Positions 6,020-14,067 of a DNA stretch of 25,293 nt are shown here, piece after piece. Position 1 is the first letter of the stretch. Each line of letters begins with the position of its first letter. Origin of the DNA: an uncultured virus (IMG/VR IMGVR_UViG_3300044701_002566) (Duplodnaviria; Heunggongvirae; Uroviricota; Caudoviricetes); IMG/VR virus record IMGVR_UViG_3300044701_002566; one strand, 5' to 3'. Below the pieces are notes generated by a model. The model searched no databases. It worked only from the letters and a program-made list of their open reading frames with translations, and was not told the origin of the DNA. Both the position numbers and the translations under genes were made by a program.

Positions 6020-6235
6020 TTACGGCTTGAGCGTCTTGATGGAGAACGGAGCGAGCCTGCCCTTACGGAGGCGTTCAGCGCGAACAAACTGCTGCGAGCC
6101 GGTTTTCGTGTTGCGAATCTTAATGAGGCCAGTGTCAGTCTTTTGAGGCACCACCACATAGGCTCCCCGCCATGCCTGAAACAGGATGTCGAATAGATCA
6201 ACGGCATCACCTGGCAAGAAAGATGGCTGGTTCAT
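6020..6235 (-). CDS. hypothetical SH3-like protein (71 aa)
   Basis: FLPGDAV...LIKIRNTKTGSQQFVRAERL pattern. Confidence 0.65.
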   Translation of the reverse strand: MNQPSFLPGDAVDLFDILFQAWRGAYVVVPQKTDTGLIKIRNTKTGSQQFVRAERLRKGRLAPFSIKTLKP

Positions 6236-6244
6236 GCGGGCAGT

Positions 6245-6266
6245 AAAAAGGGCGCCGATGGCGCCC
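6245..6266 (-). terminator. rho-independent terminator after rlpA
   Basis: GGGCGCC-ATC-GGCGCCC-TTTTT. Confidence 0.7.
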
Positions 6267-6301
6267 CTGTTGATTGATCCTCACCAGCGAAGCATAGAGC
6301 C

Positions 6302-6658
6302 TCAAGCCCTGCTGAAGCACACCCTGGCCACACCCTGTCCTGGGCTTGCAATGCGAGAGAATGCCCCGTAGCTCAAGTCGAGCACCCTGCCGCCAATGTA
6401 AGGGCCTCGATCGGCCACTACCACTTCAGTGGAGCGGCCGGTGTCTTGATTAACAACGCGCAGGCGTGTGCCGAACGGCAAGGAGCGATGGGCTGTGATG
6501 GCAGCATGAGGGTTCATGGCTTGGCCGTTTGCCATGGTCCGCCCCGCGAAGCCATCACCTTGTCCGTACCAGCTCGCAGAGCCGCAAGTGGCGGCCTGCG
6601 CTGGTAAGGAGGCAATGGAAAGGGAGGAAAGGGAAGCGAGAATGATTGTGCGAAGCAT
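6302..6658 (-). CDS. rlpA: RlpA-like DPBB lytic transglycosylase with signal peptide
   Basis: ASWYG, GRTMANG, TAHRSLPFGTRLRVVN, DRGPY, LDLSYGAF motifs; N-terminal signal ending AQA. Confidence 0.92.
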   Translation of the reverse strand: MLRTIILASLSSLSIASLPAQAATCGSASWYGQGDGFAGRTMANGQAMNPHAAITAHRSLPFGTRLRVVNQDTGRSTEVVVADRGPYIGGRVLDLSYGAFSRIASPGQGVARVCFSRA

Positions 6659-6740
6659 TTAGAGAGAGAAGTAGTTAGAGAGCCTGCCAGGTCGCCCTGG
6701 CAATGCCCACTGTATCAGAACGAGCCTGCCCTCTGCCTCG

Positions 6741-6947
6741 TGGTATGATTTGCAAGCAACTCGGCCCTGAGGCTTAACCGCCTCCAGCAATGCTGCCGTG
6801 AGGGTGGGCGGGCTTGATTGGTCTTGTGCTGCCGTAAGGAGCACAGCCGGATGACATGGCCGGTGAGGGCGACCAATCCCTGAGCAGCAGGAGAGAGCTT
6901 ATCGGAGGGTTGTAAAGAGGAAGGGGCCGCAAGGCCCCTTTTCTTTT
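6741..6947 (+). ncRNA. candidate structured ncRNA (~190 nt), 6S-like architecture
   Basis: Extended -10 TGGTATGAT at 6741-6749; nested stems (6756-62/6907-13, 6791-96/6884-89, 6816-23/6871-78); terminator at 6921-6947; no plausible ORF. Confidence 0.6.
6921..6947 (+). terminator. rho-independent terminator
   Basis: AAGGGGCC-GCAA-GGCCCCTT-TTCTTTT. Confidence 0.85.
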
Positions 6948-7055
6948 ATGATGCTGACGGTAGGTAGGCAGATGATCCTTCTCGTCTGTGAGCAATCAGC
7001 TCTCGGCTCACCAGGACTTCTCGTCATAAAGAAGGCCCCTTGCGGGGCCTTTTTC
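6947..7055 (+). ncRNA. candidate small RNA (~95 nt)
   Basis: -10 TATGAT at 6947-6952; hairpins GCAGATGA/TCGTCTGT and GTGAGC/GCTCAC; ends in the terminator at 7028-7055. Confidence 0.45.
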
Positions 7056-7062
7056 TTTATGA
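7024..7062. terminator. bidirectional rho-independent terminator
   Basis: TCATAAAGAAGGCCCC-TTGC-GGGGCCTTTTTCTTTATGA. Confidence 0.85.
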
Positions 7063-7506
7063 AAACTCTCCAACGATGTAGTCGTAGGTGCCTTCTCCAT
7101 TGCCTATACAATGCTGTCCGTCCACTTGATGGCGAAGCAGGAAGTTTGGCCCCCGTTTGCTCCTGTTGAGCTGGTGAAACTGTTCCTCACTGCAATAGCC
7201 CCAACCGTCGGGCCTGCTCCACCAGTCAGACTCCCAGTCAGTCTTTGTAGTAGAGCGCCGTTCAGTGACGGTTTTCACAAAGTCAGGCAAGGCTACGGAG
7301 TCTTCGTATTCATCAACAATGGACGATCCATCGTTGATGGCTTCAATGATGTGTTGAAGCACGTCCTTCCATGTGTAGATAAACTCCTCTGGATACACAT
7401 GAAGACTGAAGCACCAGCCATAGCTGGACTTGCCCAAGTGTAAGCCTTCTTCTTGATGCCCGCAGTGCGAACATGCAGGCTTGCGGAGGTAGAAGTTGGT
7501 TCCCAT
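7057..7506 (-). CDS. conserved phage protein with CxxC (149 aa)
   Basis: MGTNFY...CSHCG...LHLGKSSYGWCFSLH...GEFS, a recurrent phage protein pattern. Confidence 0.8.
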   Translation of the reverse strand: MGTNFYLRKPACSHCGHQEEGLHLGKSSYGWCFSLHVYPEEFIYTWKDVLQHIIEAINDGSSIVDEYEDSVALPDFVKTVTERRSTTKTDWESDWWSRPDGWGYCSEEQFHQLNRSKRGPNFLLRHQVDGQHCIGNGEGTYDYIVGEFS

Positions 7507-7841
7507 CAGACCTCACCTCCCGAGATGGAAGCAGCGTAAGCGGCAAGGTAGGCCAGTTGATCGTCGCCCGTAGGCGCGTCAGTGACCACTTCAGCGTGCT
7601 GCTCTCTGTGCTTGCCATGAGCAGCATGAAGCTGACAGAGCAGCTCCTTCACCGTGGCCTTGTGCGGGCCGAGGGCTCCGCCCTCAGACAAGACTTCCAG
7701 AGTGGTGATCCACTCTTCCAGCTTCCTCACTGGAAGCGACCAGGCCACCGTGGGCCTGTTGCTGGACATCACAAGCTGGCCGTTCTTCGTAAAGGCACTG
7801 ATGCCTTGATTGTGCTGGTAAACCGTGGAAAAGCTAGACAT
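7506..7841 (-). CDS. hypothetical protein (111 aa)
   Basis: Start re-assigned to MSSFSTVYQ downstream of the promoter at 7866-7894. Confidence 0.7.
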   Translation of the reverse strand: MSSFSTVYQHNQGISAFTKNGQLVMSSNRPTVAWSLPVRKLEEWITTLEVLSEGGALGPHKATVKELLCQLHAAHGKHREQHAEVVTDAPTGDDQLAYLAAYAASISGGEV

Positions 7842-7862
7842 GGTTGCTGCCTGAGGGACTCC

Positions 7863-7894
7863 CCCATTGTGGGGACAATGGGAGCACAGGTCAA
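7863..7894 (-). promoter_or_regulatory. sigma70 promoter with overlapping 8-4-8 inverted repeat
   Basis: TTGACC-N17-CACAAT; CCCATTGT-GGGG-ACAATGGG at 7863-7882. Confidence 0.65.
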
Positions 7895-7906
7895 TGGGAA
7901 TGGCCA

Positions 7907-8290
7907 TCAGCCCTGCTTATCATTCACCACGGCTCCCTTTCCGCTCACCACCTTCGTCTGTTGAAGCCTCTGCGGACGCCAGCCTGAGGCAATGAAGTGG
8001 CACGGTCCCAGCGGCTCCAGCACGCACCACTGCGCCGTCCTAGCCACTACTGCTTGGTAACCCTGCCGCTCTGCCTTCGTGAGCGGCCTGGGCGGCTCTG
8101 CCAGTGCAGCACGCGCCCAGTCGGCCACTTCTTCCAGATCAGCCAGGTCGTTGGTGGCAATCACGAAGTGACGGCCTCGCCTTTGGAGCTTCTCCCATGC
8201 AGGATGCGGGCACTCCTTGGCGACGGCTTCAAAGTCGGCCTGCAACACTGGCGGCAGGCAAATGCGAGCCCGTGGCGGCAGGCTACTCAT
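7907..8290 (-). CDS. hypothetical protein (127 aa)
   Basis: ORF track; coupled to the upstream stop. Confidence 0.7.
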   Translation of the reverse strand: MSSLPPRARICLPPVLQADFEAVAKECPHPAWEKLQRRGRHFVIATNDLADLEEVADWARAALAEPPRPLTKAERQGYQAVVARTAQWCVLEPLGPCHFIASGWRPQRLQQTKVVSGKGAVVNDKQG

Positions 8291-8729
8291 CTTCCGACTC
8301 TCCTTGGCAGTCCAGTTCCTCCAAGCCTTCCAGCACGGCCTGTCCCAAGTTGTCTTTCAGCATTTCCCGCCAGTGGGTGTCACCACCAAAGCTCCCCACT
8401 TCTGCGGCGGTGCGAATGGCGTGTCTGATGAGGGAAAGATCCCCGGCAGTGAGAGCAATGGCTTCAGCGTCGCCATGGAACTTCCTCTGCTGCAGCAAGT
8501 TGCAATGGAGCTGAGCCCACTTGCCCAGGCTCCAGAGCGCCACGCTCCGCAACACTTCGTCTCCATACTTCTCAATCAGTTTCTCAATGGTGATGCCCAG
8601 TCCTGCTGGAATACCAATGGTGTCGGGGTCGTTCAAGTGGTCCGAGATGCCTTCTCGGATGGCCTGCCGTCGTGGGGACTTGGCCTCATGGCAAGCCTTC
8701 AGAAAGCTGTCAACGCTGTCGTAGTTCAT
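8283..8729 (-). CDS. hypothetical protein (~148 aa)
   Basis: Likely start MNYDSVDSF. Confidence 0.7.
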   Translation of the reverse strand: MNYDSVDSFLKACHEAKSPRRQAIREGISDHLNDPDTIGIPAGLGITIEKLIEKYGDEVLRSVALWSLGKWAQLHCNLLQQRKFHGDAEAIALTAGDLSLIRHAIRTAAEVGSFGGDTHWREMLKDNLGQAVLEGLEELDCQGESEDE

Positions 8730-8776
8730 GGACAAGAGAGGGAACTCTGGCAGTCTGTTCGTTCGTGGGCACCCTG

Positions 8777-9583
8777 TCAAGCCTCTTCGTCTTCATCCTC
8801 TTCGTCTTCCCCATCGTCCTCGTCCCATTGTTGCGCAGGCAACATCGGCCTGCTGTTGCCAATGGGTTCACCATCCTCGTCCAGTTCAACAACGGCTTCA
8901 ATCGCCCCTGCCCGATCCTGAGCATTAGTCTCCGCTTGGCTGATCTTCTTCACTTCTTGACTCAACTGGCTCAAGAACTTCTTGTAGCTCTTCTCTTCGC
9001 CATCTTGAGACCTGGGCCTGGTATCAAACAAACCAAGCAGGCGAGCCTGCTGCTCCAAGCAGCCCTTGGCAACAGTAAGGAAGGAGCTTTCACCAGCCAA
9101 GGAGTGCTCTTCAATGGTGACAATTTCATCCCCATTGCGCTCTTGCACACGCTTCACAACTTTGCGCTTACTGGCCTCAAAGCTCTCCAGAGCCTTTGCC
9201 TTTAGAAGATCCTGTTCATCAAGAAGACGCGCTCTCCATTGGTCAGCAGTGGCAAGGATGCCATCAATGTACGTCTGCCGAATGTGCTGTCTATCTGCAT
9301 TGACAGTTTCCTTGCTGAGCTTGAATACCTTGGCAATCTGCGCATTGCTCAAGTTGGCAGCAAGAAGCTCGGCAGTGGCATAACGCCTAATGCGAGTGTT
9401 CTCTTTGTCGAACACTTGACCAAGTTCACGACGATTGCGAAGCCTATCCACTTGTTCAATGGATAGGCCCGCTTTCACTAATACTTCCAGGCTGTACTTC
9501 AGCAGGCTTTCTTCGTCCTTGAATTGCTTTTCAGGGACTGTACGTTTCTTCCTGTGATTAACGCCGCCTGGAATGTTTGTCAT
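8777..9583 (-). CDS. HTH protein with acidic tail, possibly terminase small subunit-like
   Basis: LSNAQIAKVFKLSKETVNADRQHIR HTH, helical region, ARLLGL motif, D/E-rich C-terminus. Confidence 0.55.
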   Translation of the reverse strand: MTNIPGGVNHRKKRTVPEKQFKDEESLLKYSLEVLVKAGLSIEQVDRLRNRRELGQVFDKENTRIRRYATAELLAANLSNAQIAKVFKLSKETVNADRQHIRQTYIDGILATADQWRARLLDEQDLLKAKALESFEASKRKVVKRVQERNGDEIVTIEEHSLAGESSFLTVAKGCLEQQARLLGLFDTRPRSQDGEEKSYKKFLSQLSQEVKKISQAETNAQDRAGAIEAVVELDEDGEPIGNSRPMLPAQQWDEDDGEDEEDEDEEA

Positions 9584-9921
9584 TGTGACTTAGGAAGAGA
9601 GAATACAAGGCTTTCCTTCTGGGAGATTATAGTAAAGTCCCCCATGTCATCAGCTAGTTTCTTGCGTTCTTTGAGAGCAATTTCAAGATCCCTCACTTCT
9701 TCGCCATAGTCCTTTTCAGAACGCTTTTGAATGTGAACCTTGGCTTCGTCAGAGTTGATGCTTTCAAGACCCTCGTTTCGCATTGCTTCAAGCAGTTCTG
9801 CTTTCAGCTCTTTCTCAAGAGTCTCAAGCCGCTTCTTGTCTGCAACGACGAGCGCAAGATCGTGCGTCAAGTCAGCGATAGTGTCAGGAAGGTCCATGGT
9901 GAAGGGAAGTGGGCTCGTCAA
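9580..9921 (-). CDS. coiled-coil hypothetical protein (Gp157-like pattern)
   Basis: KRLETLEKELKAELLEAMRNEGLESI; ATGA coupling at both ends. Confidence 0.7.
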   Translation of the reverse strand: MTSPLPFTMDLPDTIADLTHDLALVVADKKRLETLEKELKAELLEAMRNEGLESINSDEAKVHIQKRSEKDYGEEVRDLEIALKERKKLADDMGDFTIISQKESLVFSLPKSQ

Positions 9922-10154
9922 TTGTCGCCAGTATCAAAGCCTTTGTCAATCAATTCCACCATCTCTTCATAGCTTCCCCGCCAGTGGCGTTCCCCATCAG
10001 CAGGATTCCTGGCGCCATAGAGCATTCTGGCTGCAGGCATAGGCCCCTTTGCTGGAATCGAGAAACCATGATGCTGCAGGGCTTCAATGCTGATGCCAGC
10101 GTGTTCCAAGGATGGGAGCCTGTCAGGAGCCTGTGGGCGACGAGGCTTAAGCAT
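9918..10154 (-). CDS. hypothetical protein (78 aa)
   Basis: Start re-assigned to MLKPRRPQAPD; -10-like TAAACT at 10182 to 10177. Confidence 0.65.
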   Translation of the reverse strand: MLKPRRPQAPDRLPSLEHAGISIEALQHHGFSIPAKGPMPAARMLYGARNPADGERHWRGSYEEMVELIDKGFDTGDN

Positions 10155-10199
10155 TGTTTCAATGATTCGCCTCAGTAGTTTAGAGGGGAATTGTTGAGA

Positions 10200-10475
10200 A
10201 GATCGCTTTGACTGGAACGCTTGGGGCTCCCTCTCGTAGCGATCTAGCAAAAGTTGCTTAAGGAAGATCAAGGGTGGTTTAAGAAAGCGCCTATGAACAA
10301 GCTCGCTTGGGCTCGCCTGCGCGAAGGCGCTTTCTCGCGGAGGTTTTGCAGCCCCCTTTCCCATTGCCCCACCGTCTCGTCAGGAGCGCCGCAGGACGCA
10401 CTATGCAGCTCGATGCGTGACGTTCCGCAATCCCAGGCGCGTTAGATGCGCGAGGGCCTGCTCGGGAAGATTGTA
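10200..10475 (-). other. structured non-coding segment (candidate ncRNA or origin)
   Basis: -10 TACAAT at 10475 to 10470; perfect stems 10282-92/10325-35 (11 bp) and 10200-07/10238-45 (8 bp) with a shared loop motif. Confidence 0.4.
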
Positions 10476-10588
10476 AAGCCCCCGTCAAGCGAAAAAGGAC
10501 AGTTGAAACAAGTGGCACATCAAGGGAAGGTCAATGGGCAGAGAAGGCTCTTTGTGGGTATGATGCCAGAGTTGTTTCCTCAACCACC

Positions 10589-10777
10589 ATGTTCACCAAG
10601 TCACTGATCGAAGCGGTGGCTACAGCACTCAAAAGTCACAACGGTGCAGAGAGTGACCCCCATGAGTTCTGGCACGACGATGCCATCGTTGCCATTATCG
10701 AGGTAGCTCAATGGCTCCGCAGTCAAGACCTATGGAGCGCAGCCCATGCCCTCTCACTGGAGATCAACAAGCGATGA
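10589..10777 (+). CDS. hypothetical protein (62 aa)
   Basis: ORF track; -10 TATGAT at 10559; AIIEVAQWLR motif. Confidence 0.7.
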   Translation: MFTKSLIEAVATALKSHNGAESDPHEFWHDDAIVAIIEVAQWLRSQDLWSAAHALSLEINKR

Positions 10778-11205
10778 CGCTCACCATGTTTGAAAACCAC
10801 CAGCCCGGTGAGCCCTATGTGCTCACCCGCAAGCAGTTCATTCGGTTTGCAGGTTTGCCAGTCAATGCCACCGCCGAAGACGTCAAGGTGGCTATGTGGG
10901 CGGCGATTGTCTGTTGGGAAGCGGGTCGCACCTTCAATCCGCTGTCGAGCCTGTGCCACAGCAGCCTGCGGATGGACACCAGCAATGGCTGGATGGTCTG
11001 GGAGTACCAGACCACCAGCGGCACGCTGCTCCGCGCCGCTGAGTGCCGGACGTTTCTCACCCAGCCTGAGCCTGGCTATCCAGGTGTCGGGTGCTCGGAC
11101 CAGTTTCCCGAGCCTGAGTTCACGGTCATTATCCCAGTGGACCGTGACCAGCCGGGGCGTTACCACTACCAGCAGCTTCGTGAAGGAGGGGCGTTTGATG
11201 CCTAA
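10774..11205 (+). CDS. hypothetical protein (143 aa)
   Basis: ATGA-coupled start MTLTMFENH. Confidence 0.65.
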   Translation: MTLTMFENHQPGEPYVLTRKQFIRFAGLPVNATAEDVKVAMWAAIVCWEAGRTFNPLSSLCHSSLRMDTSNGWMVWEYQTTSGTLLRAAECRTFLTQPEPGYPGVGCSDQFPEPEFTVIIPVDRDQPGRYHYQQLREGGAFDA

Positions 11206-11425
11206 CAGGCTATCGGCCTGCTGCAAGGCAGCCTGCACCATTGCAGGCCGCACCACGCACTACTACGTCTGCGAGGCTTGCAACAAGCCCTGCGACGTAG
11301 CGGCAATCACCCGCCTTCGCCGTAATGGTCCCAAGCCTGGTCAGTCCGTTGAAGCATGGCTCTATGGCAAAGACAAGAACTGCCAAAAAGAGCGTGATGC
11401 AAGGCAATGGAAAAGGGGGCGCTAG
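11198..11425 (+). CDS. small Cys-rich (Zn-binding) protein (75 aa)
   Basis: SACCKA...YYVCEACNKPCD. Confidence 0.7.
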   Translation: MPNRLSACCKAACTIAGRTTHYYVCEACNKPCDVAAITRLRRNGPKPGQSVEAWLYGKDKNCQKERDARQWKRGR

Positions 11426-11637
11426 CCCCCTCTCTTGAATCGTTCCAGAATGTGCGGCAACGCACTGGGAATGAAAAGCAAGTCGTAGTTCGCAATGGCG
11501 CAGAACTCCTGCGCCTTTTTCATGCTTGGAAAGGGCCAGCTCAGTTGCTCAAGCTCGCCATCATCCAGCATCCTCGCAATCGCCCATCCCTTCTCCGTAT
11601 TCTTCAGGCATAAGATTGTCGGGCTCGGGTTCTTCAT
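11422..11637 (-). CDS. hypothetical protein (~71 aa; start uncertain)
   Basis: MKNPSPTILCLKNTEKGWAIARMLDDG... Confidence 0.5.
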   Translation of the reverse strand: MKNPSPTILCLKNTEKGWAIARMLDDGELEQLSWPFPSMKKAQEFCAIANYDLLFIPSALPHILERFKRGG

Positions 11638-11734
11638 TGGATGATGCAGAAGGACATTCAGGGGCTTGCTCCTTAACAAAAGAAGGCCCATCCTCCATGG
11701 TCGGGCCTTGCTCATCTTGCCAAATGATCCTCAT
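11561..11734 (-). CDS. small acidic hypothetical protein (57 aa)
   Basis: MRIIWQDEQGPTMEDGPSF...DCEDAG; starts 7 nt after the primase stop. Confidence 0.45.
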   Translation of the reverse strand: MRIIWQDEQGPTMEDGPSFVKEQAPECPSASSNEEPEPDNLMPEEYGEGMGDCEDAG

Positions 11735-11740
11735 GGTGCT

Positions 11741-13702
11741 TCAGAAAAACTCATCATAGTTGATGGACTCTTCTTGTTTCTCAGGTTCAAAGTCAAGAAC
11801 AGGCACTTCATAATCCCATGAATGGTACAGCCTTGTCTTCTGGCCTTCAGGGCCATCTTGGAAACTGCTGGTGATTAGCCCTTGACGCCTTGCCACTTCC
11901 AGCAACTTGCCGGTCGAGCCAGTATCAAAGCTGCCGCACAAGCTCGCCACTTGCTGCTTTGTGAAGCGTTCGCTCTTGCGCATTGTCACGGCATTTACCA
12001 CCCTGTCCAGTTCTTCCAGGGAGCCTTCCATTGGCCCTGCATAGCTCCATCCATAGTTCAGCGAATCACGCTGAAGCAAGTGCTTGCCAGCCAGTCCGCT
12101 GCGGCTCTTTAACCATTCCAGAACGAACTGATTGGGGTTGTAGTTGTTCTCTTGACGATAGAGCTTCACAACTTCACTTACATTGTCCTTGAAGCTGCTG
12201 CTATCTCGCAGCCCTCCAGTCTTGTTCAAGTGGTGGAGAATGACAATGGAGCAGCGATAGTCGTTTGCCATGTCCCGCAAGCCGTAGAGCACATCACCAG
12301 CATTGCTCTTTGTGAGATCGACATTCATCCCAGCAAGGCAAGCGGTGAGACTGTCAATCACTACAAACAATGGCCGGTTCTTGCGAATGTAGTTCTCTAG
12401 TTGCTGCATGTGAGCGAATCGCCAAGTCTCCCAAAACACAATGTCACCCGGATTCAATCCAGCTTCCTGGTAGCCAATGATGCTCAGCTTCTCACTGGTA
12501 TCAGTGAGCGGTTCATCGGCTGAGATGATCAAAGACTTACCTTTCATACATCTTCTTCCGCTCCAGTTCTGGCCGAGAGCTACATTGAGCGCCCAGTTGT
12601 ACATCATAGTTGTTTTCCCGACTCCCCCTTCTGCGGCAAGCAAGGTTACACTACCAAGCGGAACAATGCCAGCAATAAGCCATTCTCTTGCGGCGTCAGA
12701 AGATGCAATGGTAAGAGCATCAACGGCTTCAATCTCTTCCCTGCCATACACTCTGGCACGAGCTTCCGTTACAATCTTGTCAATGTTTTGCTGCCCCATC
12801 TTTACACCACGCTGCTCAAGCCAGTTGCCAGTTTCGTAGGCAATGCGAGCATCGTTAGCATAAAGGCCAACAAAGTTTTCAATGGTGGCAATGATCTCTT
12901 CGTAAGAAGGCTTGCCATCACTATTCGCGTGGCGGTTCTTGGGGACAATGGATGAAAGCAAGTCGTCTTTACTTGCGCCCTCGCCAATGTAATCTCCCAA
13001 GTCGTAACCATTGCCCGATGGGAGATTGTCCCACTCCCAAGATCGAGGATCGGCATAGAGCCACTGCGAGCCAGGATTATCAGCCGCTACTTCAGCCATG
13101 AAGGCCACACCCTGTTCGTCCCTGTCAGGACAGAGCACAAGCTGATAGCCCCTGAAGAGCGTTGAGTAGTCACCATTGGTGCGATACTGCTTCGACCCGC
13201 CCAGGAAGGTCACACAGGGGATCTCCAGTGCCCATACGGACTGACAAGTCAGCTCACCTTCAACGACGAAGATTGGCAGGCCAGTCTTCTTGCTCAGTTC
13301 CGTGGCTTCGTGGTAGTAGTAAGGCAGGATGGATGCCTTTACTTCTTGCAGTTGCGTTTTGTGGTTCGCGCTGCCCTGCTCAATAGTGGGGAACTCCTGC
13401 CAGATTTGCTTACTGCCTGAAAGGTCATTGCGCTTGACGATGACCACCTTCTCGCGCTTCTTGTTTTCGTAAGGAAATGTGTATTCCCCCGGATCTCTTG
13501 GCGGCTTTTCCCATCGCACCAAAGGGGCAAGCGCATCGCGCACTTCTGCTCTATGTGCAGGGGATGGATCGTGCCAGCAGTTGAAGGCGCCAGTGGCCTT
13601 GTTCACTGAAAAGTCATTGCCGCCGCAGGCAGGGCACAGAAACTTACCCTTCTCCTTGCTGGGCTCCAGTTGGTCGAGGAAGTCGAGGATCGAAAACGTC
13701 AC
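11741..13702 (-). CDS. primase-helicase (Zn finger + TOPRIM + RecA-type AAA_25 helicase)
   Basis: CPACGG...NCWH; VVEGE and DRDEQG (TOPRIM); AEGGVGKT Walker A; VVIDS Walker B; ILHHLNK. Confidence 0.9.
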   Translation of the reverse strand: MTFSILDFLDQLEPSKEKGKFLCPACGGNDFSVNKATGAFNCWHDPSPAHRAEVRDALAPLVRWEKPPRDPGEYTFPYENKKREKVVIVKRNDLSGSKQIWQEFPTIEQGSANHKTQLQEVKASILPYYYHEATELSKKTGLPIFVVEGELTCQSVWALEIPCVTFLGGSKQYRTNGDYSTLFRGYQLVLCPDRDEQGVAFMAEVAADNPGSQWLYADPRSWEWDNLPSGNGYDLGDYIGEGASKDDLLSSIVPKNRHANSDGKPSYEEIIATIENFVGLYANDARIAYETGNWLEQRGVKMGQQNIDKIVTEARARVYGREEIEAVDALTIASSDAAREWLIAGIVPLGSVTLLAAEGGVGKTTMMYNWALNVALGQNWSGRRCMKGKSLIISADEPLTDTSEKLSIIGYQEAGLNPGDIVFWETWRFAHMQQLENYIRKNRPLFVVIDSLTACLAGMNVDLTKSNAGDVLYGLRDMANDYRCSIVILHHLNKTGGLRDSSSFKDNVSEVVKLYRQENNYNPNQFVLEWLKSRSGLAGKHLLQRDSLNYGWSYAGPMEGSLEELDRVVNAVTMRKSERFTKQQVASLCGSFDTGSTGKLLEVARRQGLITSSFQDGPEGQKTRLYHSWDYEVPVLDFEPEKQEESINYDEFF

Positions 13703-13833
13703 GCGACATGGCGAGAGGCAATGTCCATGATGCCACGGGCGTCAACAGGATGGCTGATAAGCAAGGCTTATGGGCAATGGTGTGGACAATGGCAGGGAAG
13801 CCGCTATTGTGGCCCTGTTCCCCGATGCCTCTC

Positions 13834-14067
13834 ATGCCCATCAGCCCTTACAAGGGCGGCAAGCACAAGCGTCACTTTACGCTCAGCGACGCTGCCAATG
13901 AGCACCTTGCTGCGATTGCCGCTGATGCTCGGCTCTCCAAGAGCGAAACCTTGGAGCGCCTCATTCGTTCCACGCCTATCTACGAAGGCAGTGCCACCCT
14001 TTGCAACGGGGCATGGCGCCTCGTTGTTGACCACTCCACCACCGACCCCCTCAATGAAACTGTCTGA
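13834..14067 (+). CDS. ribbon-helix-helix (CopG-like) regulator
   Basis: KRHFTLSDAANEHLAAIAADARLSKSETLERLIR; -10 TATTGT at 13805; divergent from the primase gene. Confidence 0.75.
   Translation: MPISPYKGGKHKRHFTLSDAANEHLAAIAADARLSKSETLERLIRSTPIYEGSATLCNGAWRLVVDHSTTDPLNETV

Noticed and set aside
10338..10356. tRNA-Cys-like anticodon arm (GGGGG-CTGCAAAA-CCTCC on the minus strand)
   Set aside because: No T-arm GTTC motif, D-arm or acceptor stem; the loop size is wrong.
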